Assembly: GCA_008636045.1 (NCBI GenBank)
Contig: SNRW01000055.1
Coordinates: 1 to 33,981, forward strand
DNA length: 33,981 bases
Direction: 5' to 3'
From: Streblomastix strix
Lineage: Eukaryota
In this document: one piece after another, positions 23,042 to 33,981 of the stretch
Position numbering within the stretch: position 1 is the first letter of the stretch
Layout of the letters: each line of letters starts with the position of its first letter
The notes under the pieces: model-generated
What the model was told of the DNA's origin: nothing
The model's database searches: none
Seen by the model: only the letters and a program-made list of their open reading frames with translations
Translations under genes and position numbers: made by a program

Positions 23042-25490
23042 TCATACTTTTCCCCATTCAACAATTCTTTATCCTTTAATTCCTCCTTTTGCAGATGAAG
23101 TCTCAACATTCTCGAATTGAGTAATTATAAATTAGGAATTTGAAGTATAAAGCGAAATCTATATTAATTGAATAAAAGAATGAAATATAGAGAATGAATT
23201 AATGAAATAAAATAATATGAATAATTTGAAATTTAAATATATAATATATAAATAAATTGCATGCGAACAATGAATCTAATCGAAGATGAAATATTTCTTA
23301 TAGATATAGGTTATTCTTAGTTATCAATAAAGAATGTTAATGTACGTGGAGAAATATTCATGTTCACTTCACAGGAAACAGATTTATTTAATTCAAATCT
23401 ACTGTTTCCTGGAATACGCGAACTAATATGAGAAATCTCACCGCTGAATAAGAATTAGAGAGAAGGAAAGATATGAATTTATTATAATTATTAAGAAATT
23501 TATATTTATTAATAAATATTATTTAAATAATTATTTATATAAATCATACTTACTCAAATAGCAAACTGTCTTCTTTTCATCTATCAAATATTAAGAATAA
23601 ATGAAATAATAAATAAATAATAATAATTTATATTTTCAATTCTCTTCATTTTATTAAAAATATTTTATTCATACTTTCGCCAGACCAAGGATATTAATTT
23701 GAACCAAAGACAGCAGACGAATCAGCAATACCAATCACTAATCAGAAATATGAATAAATAATATATTAAGAGAATAAAGTTCATGAAAATAAAAGATAAT
23801 GAAAATTAATCCAAATAAAATAATATCACTCTATTCTCTAATATTCATATTAACATACTGAAGTTAGAGTTTAAATGATCTTTAAAGTAACCCTGAAATC
23901 TGGCAATTCCACTTGATATGACAGTACTAAATGCTACAGTCGAACTTCCTTTTTTGTCTGTATGGATTATTTTGCTTCCTTCTTAATATGCATGTTTTTT
24001 ATCTGGGATTATACCCACAAGCATATTTGGATTGAGAGATGGAGGAACTGAAATATATTCAATACAGAAAATAAATAATGAAATAAGGAGAAAATATGAT
24101 TAATTAACTTTTATTAATAATTATTCATTATTTAATATTATTCAAATATAGAATTTCAAATAATAAACCTGATTGTTGAATTTATTGAAGTTTAAGGTCG
24201 GGTTTTGATTATTCTTTTGGTGAAGGTTTTGGAACAATCACACTTTGTTATATTTAAACTCCACGAATCACATCAGGTTATACAAAGGATATTTGTTGTA
24301 ATGAAATCAGATAATCTGATTATAAAGTATCAGAAGGAATTGGAATCTGTTGTTGAATCTATTGATGCTAAGGTTCTGCTTTTGATTATTATTTTGGAAG
24401 ATTGGTTAAAGCTCTCAATTTTGATAATTCTGCTGTAAGATGTTGAACTTTAGTTGAAAGTCGTGTAACTTCAGATTGAGTTATTACCACTTATTACTAA
24501 AATTATTTAACTAATTCTTAGGATTCATTTATATATGTTTTTTATCTATCTAATTCAGCTTATTTCGTATCAACTCTTCTTTTCAATTGATCAGTCTCAG
24601 TAAGAGTTTTAACTTTTTCTTATTCTTTCTCGATTGATAATAATCTAACTTTAATTTCAAGTTCATTCACTTTTTTATTCATTTATTCAATTGTTTATTT
24701 ATCTTTTGTTAGTATTGGATTTTCAATCTATAATAATTCTTTATTTTCTTTTTAATTTTCAATTTATTGATTTTCTTTATTTTTCTCTTTTCTCTTCTCT
24801 TTTTCTTTTTCAATGACAAAAGTGTCTGTAATCAATACATGTTCACCAATAATAATCTATTTGTCTTATCTTTGATTTTGGAATCCATCATCAATTGTTT
24901 ATTATTCATCACTGACAATCTTATCTTTAATCAATGTTGGCTTTCCAATATATAAATCAGATTACTAATGATGCTATCTATGACTAGAGCCAATCTGCAA
25001 ATTATTATTATTTGATTATTAAGCATTTTATTTATTTGTTAAGAAATAAAGGAAGTCTGACATAAATTCGCTTTAGCTCAACCTATTGTTGCTAAACGAA
25101 TCAATCATCTATATTGTCAACTAGATCTTATAACTATTTCTAATAATCATATCTAATTTCATCATATTCTGCTAATGCGTCATGTAGTCTGGTATAGCTT
25201 ACATTCTCACAATTCATCTAATATAATTCATTTTATATTCTCTTTTTAAATAATCTTTTCATTTCAACTCTACTGTCACTGAAAACATTAATTCTAGTAT
25301 CATCTATTTCTTTAAAATTTTATTCTTCATTTATTTCAAAACTAATGTGATTTGATTTTGAATTCGTTTTCTATTTGCATTAATTCATTTAATTATCAAG
25401 TTATTTTAATTTTGATTATGTTTCCATTAGTTACTCAATCTTTTTATTATTAATAGCAATTTGAGTTAAATATTGTTATATGGTTTCCAT
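23042..25490 (-). CDS. Multi-exon Gln-rich/coiled-coil protein with a C-terminal SPRY/B30.2-like beta domain; start uncertain (ATG near 25183 or 25490)
   Basis: Long open exon ~24169-25200, then small GT-AG-bounded exons spliced to ...SSTVAFSTVISSGIARFQGYF...IGIADSSAVFGSNQYPW...TVCY...GEISH...GNSRF...VSCEVNMNISPRTLTFFIDNQEQP...IRFI...IVEWGKV*. The SPRY-like call is by motif resemblance. Confidence 0.7.
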
Positions 25491-25529
25491 TTTAGATTAA
25501 ATAATAAAATAATAATAATTTATTAATAA

Positions 25530-28500
25530 TATTTAATTTAATAATCCTTAGTTGTTAATCCTTTAATATACGAACAACAACATTAATTCCTAAGTACTAT
25601 TGATTTATTATTGAACCCAGTTAGTACATATTTTTCAACTAGAATACTACTCATAACATTATCGTACATTTTTAATGTTCCATTAATTCCTCTCTTCAAT
25701 ATATCCTTATTAATTACATTTATCTAATCATTATGAGATATTTGTTATGATTTGCAAATACCTTTAGATGTAATTTTTGGTTTAAATTCATATTGTTATT
25801 TTTCATTGTTCCATTTGTGTACAATCATTGAATAGCACTTAGGTCCTAATGATGTAAGTTCATATCCTTCATTTTAAACTCCAGATCCATGTTTCTTTTT
25901 GTAATCATAGATGTCTTTATTAGGATCAGGCAAATACTAGTACACATGTTAGTCATAGAATTGTTTATCTGTTACTATTGATTCAAATTATTAAAAACAG
26001 TCTTTATCTTTGTCTCCTGCTATTGCTATATAGATTGAATCAGTATCTGCAAGAACAAAATGAAATCGTTTGCGGTCTAGACATTTATATATGAAATTAT
26101 ATACATAATTGAGATACCAATATTTCGCATTATGTAGTGTAAAAACTCCTGATTAAAGTGATGTAAAACAAGTAGCTGTCTTAAGATTAATTTATGCTGC
26201 AAATGTATTAGCACTAACACATCTGGTACCTATGTGATTAGGATGATGTTATGAAATGAAAGTATCAGCTTTAACCAATGACTTTATCTTATCAAACTTC
26301 ACTGTGTTTAGTGAATCATTTCCATAAGAAGCGTTAATTATTAATTTATAGGATTTTTCTTTAGATGATCCTGCAATTAAAACTTATATTCTTAAGTTCA
26401 TCATTGTCCTAACAAAAGGCTTATATGCCCTATTTTTCTCAAAGACTGCAATTGCTTTGTGATCAGTAATGATGAAACCTAGATCAATAAGAAGCCAAAG
26501 ATAATAGTTATTAAACACCATATATTAACCATTAGTATCAAGTAATGTTGTAAGTTTTCTATCTTTCTTAGTCATTGATAGTAAAGGTTTTTGCTTATGA
26601 ATATATATATTCACCTATAACTTCTTCTTTGTTTTCTATCTCAATTTTTCTAATGATTGGTGGTAATGCTAGTAAGCTATTTTATTCTGACTTAGGAAAA
26701 TATGCTTTAACTTTTGCTACAAATATATCCTTTTACTAGTCAATACAATTTTTAATTACATATGGTTTTTCTGAATAAAATCTTGATCTTCCAGCCAAAT
26801 ACATTCTATGATCGGTGTAAGGAATATTTTCATTTTTGACTGATGAATATGAACTGGGATAAAGACTATTACCATCAAGAGCAAATACATGAGTAGCAAC
26901 ATTTTCATTATCTTAAGAGATCACTTTGTTTGATTATTCATCATAAGTTAATTCAGTTATATGAGTTTTATCTGCAATATTCTCTAAATAAAATTCTGCT
27001 GCAAGGCAACTTGTAATACATTCTTGATGTAATTTATATATTCTTTCATCGCTTATTGTCATAGATAAATTATGTTTAATTGCATATTATCTCATTTTGA
27101 TATGTTATGATGTTATTTTAGGATCTATATTTGTATGAGCAATATTATATGAAACACAAGCAGGCAAATTGTTATCATTAATATGAGGAAATTCATTATT
27201 TTATTTAATAAGCTGTATAGTTTTCATAAGTAAATTTTGCATTAAAAATTGAACAAATTAACGTTTCAAACAATTTTTTGTAGTATTCATAGTTATCAGC
27301 TTTTACATTTTCTCTGTTTCTCTAACACCGTTATAATCCTATTACTTATAGTGATAACATTTATTTTTTCCAGTACCATTTGATTATTATAAAAAGCTTC
27401 ACTTAAGGATTTGAATTGGAGTAGTCAGAGGTGATATCAAAATCTTCAAAATAAACTTATTTATCAACTTCAAGATTAAACTTAAAAGAAAAATATGTTG
27501 AACAATGTTTCATTGCATACGCACATGAAGTTATTGAAATATAGTGTAAAACATCAATATTGAATTATTTAAATGTATCGATTAAATTAATTAAAAGTTT
27601 AACCAAAATCTCAGTATCATTAATGTTATAATATTTGTGATAGTCTAATCTATTAGTGAATCTCTTAAAATCAATCAAATATTTTTCGTATTCATCTTTT
27701 ATGATAGAATAACCTCCTTTGAACTATGATTTGAAATCTTCATATTTAAATGATTCAGTTTTCAATAATATTTCTTTCCAATTCTTTGAGTTATTAATTT
27801 CATAAAGAAATACATCTTTATGTTCAGATTTATCTTCATAATCTTTTACACATGTTTTTAATGTCATTGGTCCAAATATATTCTCTGCATCTATAAATTG
27901 TAATTTCATACGCGACTTCTTGTGTGTTACTGTAATAGATTTAGCATAATTGAGATCGCCAATAGGTACACTCATTGTCCATAGTTCTCAATCTAACGCT
28001 TCTCATAACAAAGCAATATCAAATCTAGAACCACTCAATCCCGATACTTTACCACATCTGTCAAATTGGATATTTTCATCACCATACTTTATATACTAAT
28101 TTATCTATTCTGCTGATTCAAATTTCTATGCAATCCATAGATGAACAAAAGATGAGGAGTTTGGTAATTCAAATTTTTCTAATTATTCCTAATAATTGTT
28201 AGATATTTCATCAAATAATGCATAACTTCTTTTAACTAATTCAATTAAATTATCTCTGTTTGGATACACTTCTGTTGATGTAATTGATAATCTAGATAAT
28301 TATGAGAGTAATGTTGTTTAATCTGTTATATTTTTCATAACTTAATCACTTAAAGTTTCAAAGTCATATGTTATAAATCCTCGCTATGCTTTAGATAGAT
28401 CCATTAATCTATAAGCCATTAAGTATTCTGTAGTAGAATGACTTAATATTGCAGGACATATAGGCATTGAAACATTATATAATAAGATTAATATTTCTTG

Positions 28501-28990
28501 ATTTGAAGACTTAAATTTTCTATATGAGTATTAAAATTTTCATTAGATCTTTTATTAGTTTCTAATAATATTGTTACATAATCATTGCAATGAGGACAAA
28601 TAAGAGCACCAGTAAGTTTCTCTACTCTAAATAAATACATTACATGTTGCTCTTTTCCGTCACTAATGAATAATATGTCTAAAGTCATTGATTCATTATA
28701 AAGTTAACTATATGAATTAAATATTCTATATTTACCATTTTACCTTCAAATTCTTCATGACAAGTGTATATGGTAACTAGAAGATTAAATGTATCAGTGA
28801 ATTTAGTCATTTCAGTAGAGAGATTGAGCTCCTAATAGCCTTCTAGACATTTGTTAAATGATTAACCTTTCTTATCTGCATTGTTATTCATATACTCGAA
28901 CAGATAATATTTACCTTTAATTTTGTAATAGTAAGCGAATAATTATTTAGCAAATGAAATTACTTAGCGGTTAAACTCTGTTTCAAAATA
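25530..28990 (-). pseudogene. Near-complete protein-primed family B DNA polymerase (Polinton/PLV type), decayed
   Basis: ExoI FITYDFET (~28354-28378), ExoII-like SGSRFD, FIDAENI, ExoIII-like YNINDTEIL, motif A ALDGNSLYPSS (~26850-26882), motif B YKLIINASYG (~26322-26351), motif C FVLADTDS (~26037-26060); many frameshifts. Confidence 0.9.
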
Positions 28991-29969
28991 AATGGTAATT
29001 TTTTGGATCGAAACAAATCTAATTGTTTGAATAAAAATTATTTGTTTAATGTTTCAATTCACATACTAGTAATACGCATGCATATACCTTTAATACAAAT
29101 ATAAATATGAAATAATATAGTTATGGCTACAGAATTAATAACATAGAATTAATCAAACCAATATCAAAAAATCATTAAAAATTTTGTGTCAAAATTTTTG
29201 GTATTTTTAATTTTATTGTACAGAAACTAGATATCTATTATATTTATTTTCATATTGTAGTTACATCATATATGTTGTACGTAATAAATTTTAAATTGAT
29301 CAAATCCATTAATATATAGTAAAGATACATATAAAATTTATAAAATTTTTTTTTAATTTTTTAACTAAAATATTTTCGGTAATTAAAAATAATATTATAA
29401 TCTAATTTTATTACATTAAGTGTTAATTATTTAATATTTTAGTGGAACAAGGATCATTTATTATAATATTATATATGAATTATATAAATCCTAAAAATAA
29501 GAGAATGTGTGATTTTTTTATTTTTTAGTAAAAAATCAGTAAATGTGCATTTTTTCATTTTTTTTTTGAAAAAATTCTATTAATTTTTTAATTTATTAAA
29601 TAATCAAATGCAAACGAAATCATTGAAGTGCTTGAAAATAATAACTAAGTTATATATAACATATTTATGAAATATTAGATCTCAAAAAAATTTCTTCTTT
29701 GAATATTCACTCCATTGGAGCCGGAAATTTGAATTTTTTATAATATTCAGTATTTTATTCAAATTTTTAATTCATTCCAATTTATTCTTGTTTATGATTG
29801 TTTATATTTGTTCATGCATTTTATTGCTTTGTTACTTGCTTTTGCTGTTATTCTAGGGAAAAGTACAAACTTTTCGAATTTGATGTGTTAATGGGATGTC
29901 AGTAAAACTTAAATTGGGGATAGAATTAAATCATCGGTTACTGCAGTTCTTAATGAAAGTATACTGAAT

Positions 29970-30637
29970 AAACTATCAATATTTCCTTTCTATTGCAGTT
30001 TAAACTAAATAATTATAGGAATCTTGTTCTATTCTAAAACTATGTACGCTGTATAAAAATTTAGTGGTATTCATGTTTAGTGTTTAAAGATTTGAACAGT
30101 TTGAAGTTGCTTAATACTGGTGGAATAACAAAGTTAAGAGATATATCAGTTAAGATGAATATGCAAAAAGAGAAACAACAAATTATGTTTATTAGGATGA
30201 AATTGATTGGATTAAAGATAAAATGACTAATGAAACATGCTATCTATGCCAAAACAAATTCATTAAAGAACACAAACACATATTTGACAGAAAAGATAAT
30301 TCTTTTGGTCATACAAAATAGAATTGTTAACTAACTTGTTAGATATATAATAAAGTTAAGGCTGACGAAGATAATGATATTAGCAAATTAAAGTTACAAT
30401 TAATGAAATATTCAATCTGCTCACATCTGCTTATGACAATTAGTAATGAATCTGTATATAATATGTTAAAGGAATGTATGTAAGGTGGATTGTCCAATAT
30501 ATATCATTAATGAAATTTGAAATATATCACATTCATTTAAAAACTTAGACATAATCATTTAACTTAAACAACAACATCATATGATACCAAACATGTAATT
30601 ACTCACATGCTTGATTTAGATTTCAACTCTTTCTATC
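29970..30637 (+). pseudogene. Internal pPolB fragment: HNH/zinc-finger-like insert through motif A
   Basis: WWNNKVKRYISQD...CYLCQNKF...FDRKDNSFGHTKQNCQLTCQIYN...MQGGLSNIYH...ITHMLDLDFNSFY, breaking off within motif A. Confidence 0.82.
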
Positions 30638-32208
30638 ATAATAAAGAGGTTGTATTAGCCAATGGATGTTGCGCTTCATTTACATATGGAATTAGTACCG
30701 ATCACTATATGATTGATTGATGTTGAATTATTTTTGATGATTAGTGAGTTCGTTTTGTTGTAAGGTTTATGGTTACAAATAACGTCTGTAAAATAGTAAT
30801 CAGGGGTAAAATATTATGGGTTCAATTAGCACTGCTAAATTAGGCCATAGTATTGGTAGTGATATAGCGCAGTGATTACATTTGCAAATCGCGCGGCTAA
30901 ATTAGTTGTCTGTGGTGCAGTCCATACATATTATTAACATGAAGTCATAATATGCAGCAAACCCCGCAATTATTGAACCATGCTTATACAGGGTCTACAA
31001 AAAGTCCATCCGTAGCACTTTCCAGCTCAACGGAAAGATGATTATATTTAAAATTAATATTTTTGTACTTCGAACCTTTAATCTCAGAAGTTTGAATAGA
31101 AAAAATAAATTTAATACTCTCATTGCTGAAATAGAACCGTTTTATCATTTATAAAGAAATATGGAAAAGTTCTTTTCTAAATATATAGTTTTGAGAATAT
31201 CCAAGAACTTTTTTCAAATCCTATTTTCAATAATTATTTTAATAACATACAATATAAATCGTTAATTCATATTTCACTTTTGTGCTGATTGAAAAAATTG
31301 AAATAATTCATAAATTCAAGATTTTCCTTAGAAGCAAAATATTATTATTTAGATTTGATATAAATATATAGATTTAATGTTTTTATTAAATATTACATAG
31401 AATACTAAAATATTTTACCTTATAATATAGCGATCCGATAAAAATAATTTTCAATTTAATAAAAGCGTTTTTTTCAATGATAATTAAATAATATTATTAA
31501 TATTTATTGCTATTCATATTTATTTACTTATTTCCAATCATTTATTTTGATTTATATTTCATATAGTGCATGAGAAGTCTTAAATAGTGATGTGCAGTAA
31601 GCAATTTGTGCTTTATCTCTTTTTATAATGCTTAATTACTAATGGTAAAATATGTATATTTATAATAAATATATATTATTCATTTATATATATCAGTTTT
31701 CATTAGTTATGCGTACCTACGTTGAGTAAATTAGAATCACAAGCATAAATTATTAAAGAATTCTAAATTATGAAAGAAATTGATACACAAATTGTAAAAG
31801 TATGATAATTTTGAATGTATTAATCTTAAAATGATATTAATTTTATTTACTGTAAAAATTCTATTCTTCAATTTAATTAATAAACCATGTGTTCAATAAG
31901 ATTATATTCAATATGACAAAAAGATTTAAATACTGTTAAAGATTCATGTTATAATCTTAATTTAAACAGAATTTTTTATTTAAATTTTTTATTTCTTATT
32001 ATAATAGTTATATAAATAAATAAATATATAATCAATATATTAATTCAATCTATATATTTATTTATTTATTAAATGAACAAATCAGACTTAAAATAATATT
32101 ATATTATGAAATCGGACATTTTTTATATTTAGTGTATATTGTTTTGTACAAATTGTCAGTAAAGACTGTATAACTTAAGACTATTATTTATATATATATG
32201 TTAACGTT

Positions 32209-33275
32209 TCAATCTTCATAGTAAGCACCACCTGTGTCTATTACACATTTCAGTCTAATAAGCCAGTTATTGAATACTCTTTTTAAAGTCTTTGAATCTA
32301 TTTTCTGAAGGATCTATTCTTTTGCTGCAAATGCTTATTCTGCTGATTTAAAAGTAATACCCTCTAATGCTCCTTTTAAATATCCAAATAAGTAGAAATC
32401 TGAAGGAGAAAGATCGGGCGAGTATGGAAGTTGATGAAGTCTAATGATGTTGTTTTTAGTAATAATTTTGGTTGTTTTTGCCGCAGTATGGGCAGTGGCG
32501 TTGTCAAAATGAAGAAGTGGTTCTACATCAGATGGAAACTCAGCTTTAATTCTTTGAAACAGTTAATTAAGTATAAGTTCAATGAATCTATCAGAATTCA
32601 TAGATAACCCACTATCTAATGCTTTAACTAACCACATTTTTCTCCCCGAAAAGAATACTGTAATCATTACCTTTGGCGAGCCTATGCCTTTTGCAACACA
32701 CATTGGTATTTCGTTACCTTTGCGAATCTATGCAGAATTAGCGGGATTGCGATAATATATCCATGTTTCGCCACCAGTAACTGAGTAGATGAATCCATCA
32801 TGTCTCATTTTCGTAAGCATTTCTAGCATGATTCGAGATTTATCTACTCTCTTAGCTTTAATTTCATTCGTTAACGTATGAGGAACCCAACGCAATGATA
32901 CTTTACGAAAATCGGTCTCTTCGTTAATTGTTTTCTTTATCGTAAATCAATTTAATTTTATTTCTTCTGCATTTCTGGTTAAACTTATATATTTGTTTTC
33001 AATCAAAATCTTTTCTATTCGTTCTTTATAGTTTGACGCTTTAGGTCTTCCAGTTCAATCTAGCCTTGACATGAGGAGAAACCCAGATTCCCATTTTCTT
33101 AACCAATGTCTTATTGTATCGGGTTCTGAAACTAAGTTTTAATAAACTCCAAATAGTTCAACAAAAACCTGGACATGGTTGTAGCCCTGCTCGAATAGAA
33201 ACTCCTCATCGGCGTGATATCGATCCCAATCAAACCACGAGAAAGAAATTTCGACTTGCTCATTCTATGATGCGT
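32209..33275 (-). pseudogene. Mariner-family (DD34D) transposase, inactivated
   Basis: RWVPHTL, VTGGETWIY (first catalytic D changed to G), LHFDNATAH, PYSPDLSPSDFYLFGYLK with 34 residues between the last two Asp; two in-frame TGA and an N-terminal frameshift. Confidence 0.95.
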
Positions 33276-33295
33276 AAAAATATTCAAATATAATT

Positions 33296-33317
33296 TATAT
33301 ATATATATATATATATA
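33296..33317. repeat. (TA)n microsatellite upstream of the mariner ORF
   Basis: About 11 uninterrupted TA units. Confidence 0.85.
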
Positions 33318-33385
33318 AATACAATGTCCTTTTCCATTTATTTCATATATTTCTATGAAACATAAATCAGGAAATTTTCAATAAT

Positions 33386-33728
33386 GAATTAAAATCCATT
33401 TGCTGTAATCACATCATATATTTCTGACATATGTAATTAGTAAATATAAAGTAAATAAAATAAACTTATTAATATTAACATTATATTATTTTATTATTAT
33501 TATTATTATTTTTTCTTTTTGATGCTTTATATTTATTTAGTTGAAGACAGCACATTTGACAAACTCAATGACTAAATTCAACGAAAGGTTATTATATAAA
33601 TAATTTATTGAACTTTTGAGAGTAATATGTAAACAGAAATAATAATAAGTTTATTTTATTTACTTTATATTTATTAATTACATATGTCAGAAATATATGA
33701 TGTGATTACAGCAAATGGATTTTAATTC
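33386..33728. mobile_element. Second foldback/MITE-like element with 86-bp inverted repeats
   Basis: 33386-33471 is the reverse complement of 33643-33728 with one mismatch; ~171-bp non-coding spacer. Confidence 0.78.
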
Positions 33729-33981
33729 GTTCCTCTTAGATATTTCAATATTATGCCTCTTAAAGAAGGATAAAGCCAAACAAGATTTTATAGTATTTAA
33801 GTTATTTTTTACATTTGAAATAAATATTGAGAAAATTTTTAATATATTTTAATAAATTTAAATTTATATTTATTTGATATTATTTGACAGATTCGTGTAG
33901 TGTATTGGAACTTTGAAGATAAACTTTGACATAAATTGATCCAATTGCATCACGATCTCATCTTATTGGGCTTCGTCCTAG

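Noticed and set aside
29814..29970. Signal-peptide-like start MHFIALLLAFAVILG
   Set aside because: Short, runs into the pPolB fragment, and no continuation could be established.
30640..31050. Moderately GC-rich stretch after the pPolB fragment
   Set aside because: No frame gave a recognisable protein or RNA structure.
1..33981. CRISPR arrays, tRNA/rRNA genes, prokaryotic operons or TGA recoded as Trp/Sec
   Set aside because: No repeat-spacer periodicity or RNA-gene signature seen; host genes have spliceosomal introns and end at TGA, and internal TGAs are concentrated in decayed elements.

Overview
AT-rich eukaryotic genomic DNA that reads in a non-standard nuclear code (TAA/TAG = Gln, TGA = only stop), so the supplied standard-code ORF track fragments or misses almost every real gene. 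The code, the GT-AG introns and a 2[4Fe-4S] ferredoxin fit an anaerobic metamonad, most plausibly an oxymonad such as Streblomastix (inference). From left to right the window holds: a decayed DIRS-type retrotransposon (RT, RNase H, adenine-methyltransferase-like domain, tyrosine recombinase) with a ~100-nt 3' hairpin; a foldback/MITE-like element; and a ~9.5-kb decayed endogenous Polinton-like virus (candidate capsid genes, KilA-N, packaging ATPase, 5' part of a protein-primed PolB) written in the host code. A host island follows: a ~1847-aa six-exon CYFIP/Sra-1 gene with a Pro-rich tail, a three-exon 67-aa ferredoxin and a coiled-coil/SPRY-like gene. The right end has two more pPolB relics (one with a clear HNH-like insert), a DD34D mariner relic and a second foldback element. 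All protein calls come from manual translation and motif recognition; no searches were run.
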